Shown one piece after another: positions 15,232-24,331 of a stretch of 32,000 nt of DNA. Numbering within the stretch: the first letter of the stretch is position 1; the number at the start of each line of letters is the position of its first letter. Both the position numbers and the translations under genes were made by a program. Under the pieces are notes generated by a model. The model did no database searches. It was given only the letters and a program-made list of their open reading frames with translations, and was not told the origin of the DNA. Source of the stretch: Promethearchaeota archaeon (GTDB lineage: Archaea; Asgardarchaeota; Lokiarchaeia; Sigyniarchaeales; Promethearchaeaceae); assembly GCA_016933055.1 (NCBI GenBank), contig JAFGBS010000031.1:60001-92000 (forward strand), in the 5' to 3' direction.

Positions 15232-16557
15232 TCATGGAGTCAATCTATCTGGAGTTCGTGGGTATAATACAGTTTCTTTAATTTGATCCACACCCGTTAT
15301 ACTGGTTAAAAATCTTCCTATTCCGAAGCCAATCCCGGCATGAGGTGGCATTCCATAATCAAAGGTTTGCAGATGACTTTCAAACGAACTCGGATCGAGT
15401 CCTTGTTCCTTTAACCGTTTAATTAGTAGGGATTTTTCATGCACTCGGGTGCCTCCAGAAGCCAACTCAAGCCAACCTTTCTGTAAGTCAAAGGATTCAC
15501 TGATTTTTGGATCTTCCTCAGAAGGTCGAATATAAAATGGTTTTGCTTTTGTGGGCCAATGAGTAATCCAATAATAACCCGGAAGGAATTCATCCAGTTT
15601 TCGATATGCCTCCGTGGAGATATCCTCTCCCCATTCTATATTCATATCCGTTTTATTATTGACAAGTTTGACGATATCAGAATAAGTTCGTTTTTTGAAT
15701 GGTTTTCGAGGTACGTTAAAACTCTCTTGAATTCCTAATATCTCTAAATCCTCAAGGCATCTATTTTTAATATCGCGTAAAGTAACGGTAAGTATTTCTT
15801 CCATTAGTTTAAATATATCTTCCATTGTAACAAATGCCATTTCTATATCCAATGTATATATCTCACAGATATGACGGTTTGTAAAGCTTTTTTCTGCGCG
15901 ATAACAGGAAGCTAATTCAAAAACCCGCTCAAAGGGGATGGTTAATTGTTCTTTATAGAGTTGTGCGCTTTGGGAGAGGTATGCATCTTTATCAAAATAT
16001 TTGAACTTGAAAAGTTCAGTTCCCCCCTCCGTCGCTGTACCAATAATTTTCGGAGTAATTACTTCTATAAACTCATTGCGATTTAGGACGTTCCGGATTG
16101 AATGGAGAAGTTGGTTTTGAATTCGAAATATAGCTAGATTACGAGGTAAACGTAAATCTAATGCACGATGATCGAGTCTTGTGTCAAGATCTGACATAGT
16201 TTTTTCGGTCATATCTAAGGGAAGCTGTTCTGGAGCATGATTGAATACTTTTATCTCAGTTGGAGCGATTTCTACCCCCTTTTTGGCTTGTTTGAACTCC
16301 TTCAACACTCCTGTTACCCCAATAGAAGATTGATGAGGAACTTCACTCTTCTCAAATAAAGAATCAGCAATTTTTCCTTTTTTTAGGGTAATTTGAATTT
16401 CACCCGTGCAATCTTGAAGAATAATAAAACGCAGTGCTCCTAAATTACGAATACGTTTAATCCATCCCGCTACATTTACGGTTTGTCCAATCAGATCTGG
16501 TGTCAAATCTGCCGTAAAATGTGTTTTTCTCCAATCACCTAATTTATCTAACTGCAT
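15232..16557 (-). CDS. aspS: Aspartyl-tRNA synthetase (archaeal type)
   Basis: OB-fold N-terminus, RLDHRALDLR, TEGGTELF, LSQSAQLYKE, YRAEKS, ELASGGTR, GMPPHAG and YPRTPDRLTP. Confidence 0.97.
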   Translation of the reverse strand: MQLDKLGDWRKTHFTADLTPDLIGQTVNVAGWIKRIRNLGALRFIILQDCTGEIQITLKKGKIADSLFEKSEVPHQSSIGVTGVLKEFKQAKKGVEIAPTEIKVFNHAPEQLPLDMTEKTMSDLDTRLDHRALDLRLPRNLAIFRIQNQLLHSIRNVLNRNEFIEVITPKIIGTATEGGTELFKFKYFDKDAYLSQSAQLYKEQLTIPFERVFELASCYRAEKSFTNRHICEIYTLDIEMAFVTMEDIFKLMEEILTVTLRDIKNRCLEDLEILGIQESFNVPRKPFKKRTYSDIVKLVNNKTDMNIEWGEDISTEAYRKLDEFLPGYYWITHWPTKAKPFYIRPSEEDPKISESFDLQKGWLELASGGTRVHEKSLLIKRLKEQGLDPSSFESHLQTFDYGMPPHAGIGFGIGRFLTSITGVDQIKETVLYPRTPDRLTP

Positions 16558-16659
16558 GTATGATCCCTTTCTATTCTTTTACACTAATAAGGAATTTCTC
16601 TTTAATTTTTTCGTTCTTTTCAACAAAATTTATTGACGGTGGTAGCTGATTCAAAGATC

Positions 16660-17025
16660 ATGGATTTGGGGAAATATAAACAAGCAATTGTGATTCGTAC
16701 GGACTTGAAGATGGAAGTGGGGAAAAAATGTGCACAAGCTTGTCATGCATCACTATCAGCGGCTGAAGTATCGAGATCAAAGAACATCAATATTTATCGG
16801 GAATGGAAACGCGTATCGGGTCAGAGGAAAATTGTGTTAAAAATCGGATCGGAAGAAGAAATACGGAAATTATACTATGATATTGTGAATGCGGGAATTG
16901 CAGCCTATTTAGTACAAGATGCTGGATTGACCCAATTAGAACCCGGAACTATAACTGCTTTAGGAATTGGTCCAGATACATCTGAGAAAATCGATAAATT
17001 TTGTGCTGATTTAAAGTTATTATGA
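16660..17025 (+). CDS. pth2: Peptidyl-tRNA hydrolase Pth2
   Basis: KQAIVIRTDLKMEVGKKCAQACHAS, QRKIVLK and VQDAGLTQLEPGTITALGIGP. The start is placed at the ATG at 16660 (track TTG at 16633). Confidence 0.96.
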   Translation: MDLGKYKQAIVIRTDLKMEVGKKCAQACHASLSAAEVSRSKNINIYREWKRVSGQRKIVLKIGSEEEIRKLYYDIVNAGIAAYLVQDAGLTQLEPGTITALGIGPDTSEKIDKFCADLKLL

Positions 17026-18404
17026 CTCAAGGTGTTTTAATGAGAAAAAACCACCAGCCATCCAGTTTATCTGATTTAGAAAAACATGTAGGAATTTCCA
17101 TATTTACCACTACTACTCCTGGAATTTGCGGAGAACTCAAAGTTCAACCCGAGGATTTCTTGGTGTGTGAGATCACTCCTAATGGTCGAGTTCTTTCAAT
17201 TGTAGAAAAACTTGATTTCCATAAAAAACCCAATAAACCCTCACGACATGTTTATACGCAACTTGATGTGGTTAAAAGAAATGAAGATACTATTTTGGTT
17301 GCGGAAAAAATTGCTAGGGCATTAAATATTGAACCTCAACTTGTATCATGGGCCGGATTAAAGGATAATCGGGCTATAACTGCTCAAAGAATGACTATAA
17401 AAGGGGATTGCGTAAATCAACTACTGCATTGCAGGTTCGACACAGTATTTCTAAAAAATTTTCAGTATGTAAAAAAACCCATAAAACTTGGAGATTTATG
17501 GGGCAATAAATTTGATATTATAATGCGTAACATCATAGATATTAACAGAGATAAGCTAGATTCAATTGCATCCAACTTTATGAATCAGATTGCTACATTT
17601 GGATCCCCAAATTATTATGGATTACAAAGATTTGGATCTATACGCCCTAATTCTCATATTGTCGGAAAATATCTATTTTTATCGGATTATCAAAAAGCTG
17701 TTGAGGAATTTTTATATGCTACATATCCCCCCGAGCATGAGATCGTCAAGATCTGCAGGAAAGAATTGAAAGAAACTCAAAATTTTGAACAAGGCTTACG
17801 TAATTTTCCCGAAGGCTTATATTATGAAAGACTCATAATGCAACAATTATTAAGAAAACCTCAAGATTACCTCGGAGCCATAAAACATCTACCACGACCT
17901 CTAGTAAATTTACTAATGTCATCATATCAATCCTATTTATTCAATAGTGCTATTAGTAAAAGAATGATGAAGTTCGGAAATTTAATCGAGCCGAAAACCA
18001 ATGATATTATTAGTCTTTTGCTGGATGATAATGGTCTAACTACCCCCCTTCGATATCGCTATAAAAAATGGAAAAAACCATTTCTGCGTAAAGTTTTGAA
18101 CATGGATCGAGCTCGAATAATGTGTCCTATATTGGGATACGATTCAAAACTATCTGATAGTTATTTTGGTCGGATTTATAAACGGATATTAAAAAAAGAG
18201 AATTTCAAATTAGATTACTTCAAAAATGGTAAGGAATTACGAGCTTATGACTTTCGAGGCTCTTTCCGATCCATAATCGTTAAACCACGAGATCTCCAAG
18301 TTGTTCCTCATTATGAGCAAATCAATCCTATTATTAGGATGAAATTTTCTCTCCCGAAAGGAACCTATGCAACTATGCTGATTCGGGAGTTATCTAAGCA
18401 TTAG
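17022..18404 (+). CDS. truD: tRNA pseudouridine(13) synthase
   Basis: PEDFLVCE, AGLKDNRAITAQ (catalytic Asp), GNKFDI, PNYYGLQRFG, SYQSYLFN and FSLPKGTYAT. Confidence 0.96.
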   Translation: MTQGVLMRKNHQPSSLSDLEKHVGISIFTTTTPGICGELKVQPEDFLVCEITPNGRVLSIVEKLDFHKKPNKPSRHVYTQLDVVKRNEDTILVAEKIARALNIEPQLVSWAGLKDNRAITAQRMTIKGDCVNQLLHCRFDTVFLKNFQYVKKPIKLGDLWGNKFDIIMRNIIDINRDKLDSIASNFMNQIATFGSPNYYGLQRFGSIRPNSHIVGKYLFLSDYQKAVEEFLYATYPPEHEIVKICRKELKETQNFEQGLRNFPEGLYYERLIMQQLLRKPQDYLGAIKHLPRPLVNLLMSSYQSYLFNSAISKRMMKFGNLIEPKTNDIISLLLDDNGLTTPLRYRYKKWKKPFLRKVLNMDRARIMCPILGYDSKLSDSYFGRIYKRILKKENFKLDYFKNGKELRAYDFRGSFRSIIVKPRDLQVVPHYEQINPIIRMKFSLPKGTYATMLIRELSKH

Positions 18405-18414
18405 AAAAAAGAAA

Positions 18415-20670
18415 TTATATTTCAAAAATTTCTTTCAGTAACAGATCATCATTAGCAAATGGGGTGCAATTCCCATCCCATTTTTTAAGAACATTCGTAT
18501 GCCGTTTTTCGAATTCCGTGACAAAAGTTTTCAACTTAGATCGAATTTCTGTTGTTTCGCGATCTGCAAAAATCGCCCCAAATACGTATTCTCCGTATTC
18601 AATTATCACTTTAGTATCTCCGTGATCGATGGTCCGTAGTAGATCTGCACTTTTTGTGGTTTCCTTTATGAACGAGGTTATAGCAGAGAACATTCCTGCA
18701 ACCAGACCGGGGTCTGCAGTAGAACTCTCTTTGAATTTATAGGAAAACACATCCCTTCCATCCTCATACATCGTATACATTGAGTCTAGTTCAGCCCGTT
18801 CGTTCGTAAAGCTGAATTCGGGTTCCCACCATACTAAATTTTTGCGACTTGTCATATATTTCAAGGTTACATACATCCGATCCTTTTCACCTACATCGTC
18901 AGGAAGCAAATCTGTAATTGTTTTTCCGTTTCGACATTCATACATGAGATGTTTTACTTCATCTCGCTCACCTTCTGAAGGACGATAGGTTTTGGGTATC
19001 GAAAGTAAATAATTAGATTGTTGACATTCCTCATACGTCGGTAGATAATTGATTTTTGCAAAGGTAATGTGATCTACAAATTTATCCCGTTTTACGGTTT
19101 TGGTAATAAAATTTTGCTGTACATAATGGAAAGTCAACCCTACAAAAATGAAAGCAAAGAAATAATGTGTATATTGGAATGGAATAGATAGCGCATATAA
19201 AATCATATTTGATTCTAATAAGGATGTTTCTACTAAAGCCGTCCTTGGCATTATCCAAAATCCAAACGCGTCTGTTCTCACTATTTTACTTGTGATCCAA
19301 TACGTGCTGTTGGGATCCCCAAAAAAAGGAAAAATATTGCCCCCTAACATACCTGCAAGAAGTTGGAACACTACTGCTTCCACGACTAAAAATGCCAAAA
19401 TTATTACACTGTTTATTAGTAACTTTTTATTTCGGCTGTAAGAAATCCCCACTATCATTCCAACACCTACAATAACTACCAGAACTCCCAGCGCTTGAAC
19501 TGCAGATAATCCCTCCAGTAATAATACAGTTAGAAATTGTGGTGGAGGACTTGCCTCAAATAAATTGCTAGCAATAATATCTTGAGGAGCTCGAATAGTA
19601 ATCATACCTTGAACAAATGATAAGAAAAATGCGAAAATAAAAATCGCTAATATACTTACTAAACCAAACATTGCTGATTGACCAAAATTTGCAGTATTTG
19701 GTCTTGTTGGCGTCTTTATTTCTTCTTTATGCTTAATCCCATTAATAATTTTGATGAGAATGAGGATTGCAATTGGTTCAAAAATAGCTACCGTTGATAC
19801 AAAGATGAATGCAGCCATGATATAATACGCAAAAAAATACAATACTAATGATAGGGATTGGAATGCCTCGCCTATACTCGCTGATCCTTGAAATGCCTCA
19901 ACAATGAACAGAAGAATACTCAAAATTGAAATGGGGGTTGCAACTGTCATCATGCTTGAATAAGTATCATTTTCTAGCTTTTCCCCAACAAATTTACCCT
20001 GGAATGATGCTTTACTGGCTTTAATTAGCTGAATTGCATACAAAAATGTTGCAATATAAATAAAAAAAATCTCAATGAACCATCCAAGACCACCATCTGC
20101 AGGATCTAATGCAGCAACGCCTGCTATCTTTAGAACTGTGACCAGTAAATATAACGTGATCGGTAAAAGAACTATCAAGGATCGGAATAATCGCATTTCT
20201 TCTCTAAGATTTCCTTTAGTCAAATTTTCAATGATTATCTCCTTAGGGCTTTTGTTATATTCAAAAGTTAACTGAGTTAACTGTATTTTAAATTTAGATT
20301 TATCCTCTTTTTTCAAGCGGAAAAACAGGTAGATTATCGCTATAAATGGTGCAAGCAAAAATATAAACGCTTGATTGATTAAGGGAATTTGGAAAAAATT
20401 GGCAACCACGTTGAATAATCTTGCGAAAAGATAAGCTACTCCTCGAGTAACATCATTCTCAGTGTTTATCACTAAAGTTAGAGGATCTCCAATTTGAAAT
20501 ATAACAGGCATTATAAAATACACTACAAAGAACAATGATATTCCCAATACCAATCGTGTATAAATTTTTTTGAAAATAGGTCGTTTACGAATAAAAAGTA
20601 TGGGTATCCAAATTAATCCAACTGGTAATAAATTGAATACGATTGTTATAAATACTTCTAAGAATGCCAT
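18415..20670 (-). CDS. Polytopic membrane protein with C-terminal longin domain
   Basis: About 12-14 hydrophobic helices over residues 1-520. The C-terminal ~125 aa (MYTMYEDGRDVF...DPGLVAGMFSAITSFIKE...WDGNCTPF) match the Asgard longin pattern. Confidence 0.75.
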   Translation of the reverse strand: MAFLEVFITIVFNLLPVGLIWIPILFIRKRPIFKKIYTRLVLGISLFFVVYFIMPVIFQIGDPLTLVINTENDVTRGVAYLFARLFNVVANFFQIPLINQAFIFLLAPFIAIIYLFFRLKKEDKSKFKIQLTQLTFEYNKSPKEIIIENLTKGNLREEMRLFRSLIVLLPITLYLLVTVLKIAGVAALDPADGGLGWFIEIFFIYIATFLYAIQLIKASKASFQGKFVGEKLENDTYSSMMTVATPISILSILLFIVEAFQGSASIGEAFQSLSLVLYFFAYYIMAAFIFVSTVAIFEPIAILILIKIINGIKHKEEIKTPTRPNTANFGQSAMFGLVSILAIFIFAFFLSFVQGMITIRAPQDIIASNLFEASPPPQFLTVLLLEGLSAVQALGVLVVIVGVGMIVGISYSRNKKLLINSVIILAFLVVEAVVFQLLAGMLGGNIFPFFGDPNSTYWITSKIVRTDAFGFWIMPRTALVETSLLESNMILYALSIPFQYTHYFFAFIFVGLTFHYVQQNFITKTVKRDKFVDHITFAKINYLPTYEECQQSNYLLSIPKTYRPSEGERDEVKHLMYECRNGKTITDLLPDDVGEKDRMYVTLKYMTSRKNLVWWEPEFSFTNERAELDSMYTMYEDGRDVFSYKFKESSTADPGLVAGMFSAITSFIKETTKSADLLRTIDHGDTKVIIEYGEYVFGAIFADRETTEIRSKLKTFVTEFEKRHTNVLKKWDGNCTPFANDDLLLKEIFEI

Positions 20671-20791
20671 GGTTTCTACCTTCTGTGAACTATTGTCTTG
20701 GTACTACAATTATTTTATGCTCTTATTAATTTACGTAACATAGTCAAAATACACCCTATATTTTTAACGAAACGGGAATTCCTAGATTTAA

Positions 20792-21904
20792 ATGTTTGAG
20801 ATTGTATTTCATCCCTTATTTAATGAGCTTCACGAACTTGGTGAGCCGAAACCCGTGTTCGAAACCTATGAGTCTCCTATGCGTACTCGTGTCATATGGG
20901 AGTATTTTACGGCACAAAACTATATTGCTTCTGAATTTCCAGATGAACCATATGTCGAAAATGAGAAGTTGGGATTATCCCTAAGAAAACCTCTTCCCCT
21001 AAACAAATCCGATGTTCTTCGAGTTCATTCTCCTTATTTGTACGAGTTAGTGGAACATTTATCATCAGTGGGATATGGTGAGATCGGAAATATGGTGCAA
21101 GCTACCAATGAATCTCTTGAGATCGCATTATTAAGCGCAGGAGGAGCATATCAAGCTATTAAAGATGTTTATACGGGCGTAGCATCTCAATCTTCTGGCC
21201 TCATACGTCCTCCTGGGCATCATGCTATTCGGGATGAAAGTAATGGATTATGTATATTTAATAATATTGCTTTAGCGATTGAAAAACTTCGAAAAGATAA
21301 TACGTTTCAAGGAAGAATTGCTATTATCGATATTGATACCCATTATGGAGATGGCTTAGCTAAAACCTACTATGAGAATCCAGACATATTATATGCAAGC
21401 ATTCATGAATATGTGCCTGGAGAGGCCGGAATTATTTCGGAAATTGGTGCGGGAGCCGGTAAAGGATATAATATTTGTTACCCTGTTCCCTTAGAAGCAG
21501 ATGATCGGTACTTGCGTGGATTTACTGATCTACTCACAACTTATCTAGAGAAATACCAACCAGAATTACTTGTCGTTGCTTTAGGGTTAGATGGACATTG
21601 GGCTGATCCCATTGGAAATCTTAGATATACCTCAAAAGGATATAATAAATTCGCCAAGTGGCTACACAGGATCGCTGATAAAGTATGCGGGGGAAAAATC
21701 GCATTGATTTTGGAAGGTGGATATAATCTTGCTGTGTTACCCTGTCTTGCTGGAATTTTTCTGTCCGAATTTGCAGTGAACATAGATTTAATTGAGTGTG
21801 ATTCCCATATGTCGACTTTCTTCAAAGCACAACAAACTTCCTCATCAGAGATAAAAAAATATAATGAATTGATCAAAAAACAACTGCGAAAGTATTGGAC
21901 CTAA
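20792..21904 (+). CDS. Zn-dependent histone deacetylase-family (HDAC/AcuC) amidohydrolase
   Basis: RPPGHHA, GLCIFNNIA, DIDTHYGDG, GLDGHWADPIG and LEGGY; catalytic and Zn-binding residues are intact. Confidence 0.95.
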   Translation: MFEIVFHPLFNELHELGEPKPVFETYESPMRTRVIWEYFTAQNYIASEFPDEPYVENEKLGLSLRKPLPLNKSDVLRVHSPYLYELVEHLSSVGYGEIGNMVQATNESLEIALLSAGGAYQAIKDVYTGVASQSSGLIRPPGHHAIRDESNGLCIFNNIALAIEKLRKDNTFQGRIAIIDIDTHYGDGLAKTYYENPDILYASIHEYVPGEAGIISEIGAGAGKGYNICYPVPLEADDRYLRGFTDLLTTYLEKYQPELLVVALGLDGHWADPIGNLRYTSKGYNKFAKWLHRIADKVCGGKIALILEGGYNLAVLPCLAGIFLSEFAVNIDLIECDSHMSTFFKAQQTSSSEIKKYNELIKKQLRKYWT

Positions 21905-22269
21905 ACTTTGTTTAATTTTAAGGCGGCATTTTGCACATGGAACAGCACATCTCGGGGCCCTACCTCGGGCAGAATATAGGTTACTAATACTCCCTTCTCA
22001 AACGGGGCTAAAATCACATGGCCTTTTCCTGTAACATTCGTGCCGATGATCCTTTCGGGGGTGTGTTCTACAATCATGTATTTCACCCCAAATAACGAGA
22101 TCGAACCTGTATTTTTTTGGATGATATCTAGGATTTCTGATACATGAGGAGTCAAATCCCAGTTTTCTGTCTGATACAAAATCTTTCCTTCAGAAGAAAA
22201 TATTCCTACTCCTCCTACTTTCATATTCGTTTCTGCAAATAAATCATCTATAATCTGATCGATACTCAT
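21901..22269 (-). CDS. Asgard (Loki-type) profilin
   Basis: GKILYQTENWD, GVKYMIVEHTPERIIGTNVTGKGHVIL and GPRDVLFHVQ match recalled Lokiarchaeal profilin sequences; 122 aa. Confidence 0.88.
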   Translation of the reverse strand: MSIDQIIDDLFAETNMKVGGVGIFSSEGKILYQTENWDLTPHVSEILDIIQKNTGSISLFGVKYMIVEHTPERIIGTNVTGKGHVILAPFEKGVLVTYILPEVGPRDVLFHVQNAALKLNKV

Positions 22270-22278
22270 GTCTTAACT

Positions 22279-22286
22279 TCACTCCT
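22279..22286 (-). promoter_or_regulatory. Shine-Dalgarno AGGAGTGA for profilin
   Basis: On the minus strand, 9 nt upstream of the ATG at 22269. Confidence 0.6.
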
Positions 22287-22447
22287 TTTTTGGATAGCTT
22301 TCAAAAAGTATTACATTCCAAAATACTTTCTTAAATCCTACCATATTAGTCTCACATAATATTAAAAGAAATAAACCTAATAGTAAACTAAATAACATAA
22401 ACCATTAGGTGATTTAGATTACTCTCAGATTATTTAAAAAAGCCATA

Positions 22448-22993
22448 ATGCTATCTATGCGTAGTAAAAAGCGTTTCACCGTGTTCACTTTTATGTATAC
22501 GGCTATCATCATTTGGATGTCATTTTCGTTGCAAATGCTGTTTTCCACGGTGGGAACAGATCCCAAACCTTGGATTATCGAAGTCAATCGCAATGTTGCA
22601 ATTATCTCATTGGTATTATCTGCAGTGATTAGTATTTCTTTGTCAGTTTTTTATGCATGGATCATTACAAACTATCGAAGAACCGAAATTGCCACATTGA
22701 AGTGTATTGGGTACACCAATAATAATGTACGGGTCATTATAGTAGGAGAACTCATATGGGTAACTATGTTTTCCTTTCTTATCGTATTTGAACTACTAAT
22801 TCATGTCGTTGCTTTCAGTGCCTACTTTTATTATACAGCGGATCGTTTGTCAGATTTTTCACCCTTTATCCGATTCGGACCTCTATTAATTACTATCGCA
22901 TTGTTCTTAGTTGCTCAAATAGGCGGAATATTAATCGCATATCGTCGTGTACTACGGCTGAGACCAATAATTGCATTAAGGATTCAAAAATAG
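22448..22993 (+). CDS. Small FtsX/MacB-family ABC permease
   Basis: Four TM segments; RRTEIATLKCIG is the family coupling motif; C-terminal RLRPIIALR. Confidence 0.85.
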   Translation: MLSMRSKKRFTVFTFMYTAIIIWMSFSLQMLFSTVGTDPKPWIIEVNRNVAIISLVLSAVISISLSVFYAWIITNYRRTEIATLKCIGYTNNNVRVIIVGELIWVTMFSFLIVFELLIHVVAFSAYFYYTADRLSDFSPFIRFGPLLITIALFLVAQIGGILIAYRRVLRLRPIIALRIQK

Positions 22994-22997
22994 GAGG
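22992..22997 (+). promoter_or_regulatory. Shine-Dalgarno AGGAGG
   Basis: 7 nt upstream of the ABC ATPase ATG at 23005, overlapping the permease stop codon. Confidence 0.7.
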
Positions 22998-23004
22998 AAT
23001 AAAA

Positions 23005-23682
23005 ATGAAAGAAATCATGATAAAATGTGAGGGTGTACATAAAGAATTCCGTCTTCGAGGAAATATTATCCGAGCCTTGATTAATGTCAACGTTGAAATA
23101 GAAGCCGGAGAGTTTATAATGATTCAAGGTCCAACCGGATGCGGAAAAACTACCCTTCTAAATGTAATGAGTGGATTGGATCTCCCAGATGAGGGATCAG
23201 TCATTTTAGATGGAGAGGATATTGCCCGAGCGAATGAAGATCGTCTAAGTAACATACGAAGACAAAAAATTGGTTTTGTATTCCAAGACTTTAACTTAGT
23301 TGAACACTTAACTGCGATCGAAAATGTGGAAGCCTTGTTATGGCCTACTGTATTGCGAACAAAAGAAATTGAAGATCGTGCTATTGCTGCACTACGCGCC
23401 GTTGATGTATTGGAACGGAAGGATCACTACCCCTCAGATCTTTCTGGGGGTGAAAGACAAAGAGTAGGGATGGCAAGAGCTATAATTCACCAACCTCGAG
23501 TACTTTTTGCCGATGAGCCTACTGGAAATCTAGATCCTACTTCAGGAAAGAATGTTCTGGAACTTTTGAAAAAATTAAATAAAGATCTCGGCACTACTAT
23601 GGTTGTGGTAACCCATGACTCTAGTCTAGTTCAATACGGAGATCGAGTTATCAAAATGGATAGGGGTCGAATAGTTCGATAA
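23005..23682 (+). CDS. ABC transporter ATP-binding protein (LolD/MacB/FtsE-like)
   Basis: Walker A GPTGCGKTT, GFVFQDFNL, signature LSGGERQR, Walker B LFADEPTGNLD and H-loop VTHD. Confidence 0.96.
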   Translation: MKEIMIKCEGVHKEFRLRGNIIRALINVNVEIEAGEFIMIQGPTGCGKTTLLNVMSGLDLPDEGSVILDGEDIARANEDRLSNIRRQKIGFVFQDFNLVEHLTAIENVEALLWPTVLRTKEIEDRAIAALRAVDVLERKDHYPSDLSGGERQRVGMARAIIHQPRVLFADEPTGNLDPTSGKNVLELLKKLNKDLGTTMVVVTHDSSLVQYGDRVIKMDRGRIVR

Positions 23683-23692
23683 TCCCTCTTTT

Positions 23693-24319
23693 TTATTTTT
23701 TTAATTTTAAGATATTGATGCCAAATTTCTTTAGTTGTTGATATACAAAACTCATTGGAAGACCGATCACATTAGAAGGGGACCCTGAAATGGATTCGAT
23801 AAATACACTTGCTCTGTCAAACATCGAATAACTACCGGCCCTCCATTTGTATTCATCACTGTAAGTCACATAATTTTCGATTTCTTCATCCGATAATTCA
23901 GCAAATTTTACATCTGTTTTGTCTATATACTCAACGGTGGTATCGGATTCGCTATCATAGATCACCACACCGGTCATAAGAACATGTGTATTTCCCATGA
24001 GTTTTTGCAGTATTTCTTTCGCACACGAAATATTTTCTGCTTTACCTATCAATTCTCCACGGAAATCTACGATAGTATCTGCTGCAATTATCACATACTG
24101 AGGTGTTTGAATCAATATCGGATTTTTTTCCAACATCAATCGCACTGAATATGCTTTTCCCTTTGCATGGAGTATGCATAATTGTGTGGAAGATAAATCC
24201 ATAGTATTCCTTTCTTTGTAATCACTTACTATCACGATATGAGGAATATTTGCATTCGAAAGAAGTCGTTTTCTGTCTCGTGATTGACTGGCAAGAATAA
24301 TGGTTTTCTTAGGTTCCAT
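23693..24319 (-). CDS. maf: Maf-family nucleoside triphosphate pyrophosphatase
   Basis: IILASQSRDRKRLL, KA, IIAADTIVDFRGELIGK, AGSY and SNVIGLP. Confidence 0.92.
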   Translation of the reverse strand: MEPKKTIILASQSRDRKRLLSNANIPHIVIVSDYKERNTMDLSSTQLCILHAKGKAYSVRLMLEKNPILIQTPQYVIIAADTIVDFRGELIGKAENISCAKEILQKLMGNTHVLMTGVVIYDSESDTTVEYIDKTDVKFAELSDEEIENYVTYSDEYKWRAGSYSMFDRASVFIESISGSPSNVIGLPMSFVYQQLKKFGINILKLKK

Positions 24320-24331
24320 TCTAAACTATAA

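Noticed and set aside
20792-21904. HDAC as a eukaryote-specific signature protein
   Set aside because: The HDAC/AcuC/APAH family is widespread in prokaryotes and the substrate cannot be inferred from sequence.
22305-22329. Inverted repeat AAAGTATT-N9-AATACTTT upstream of profilin
   Set aside because: The 8-bp arms are almost all A/T and within chance expectation.
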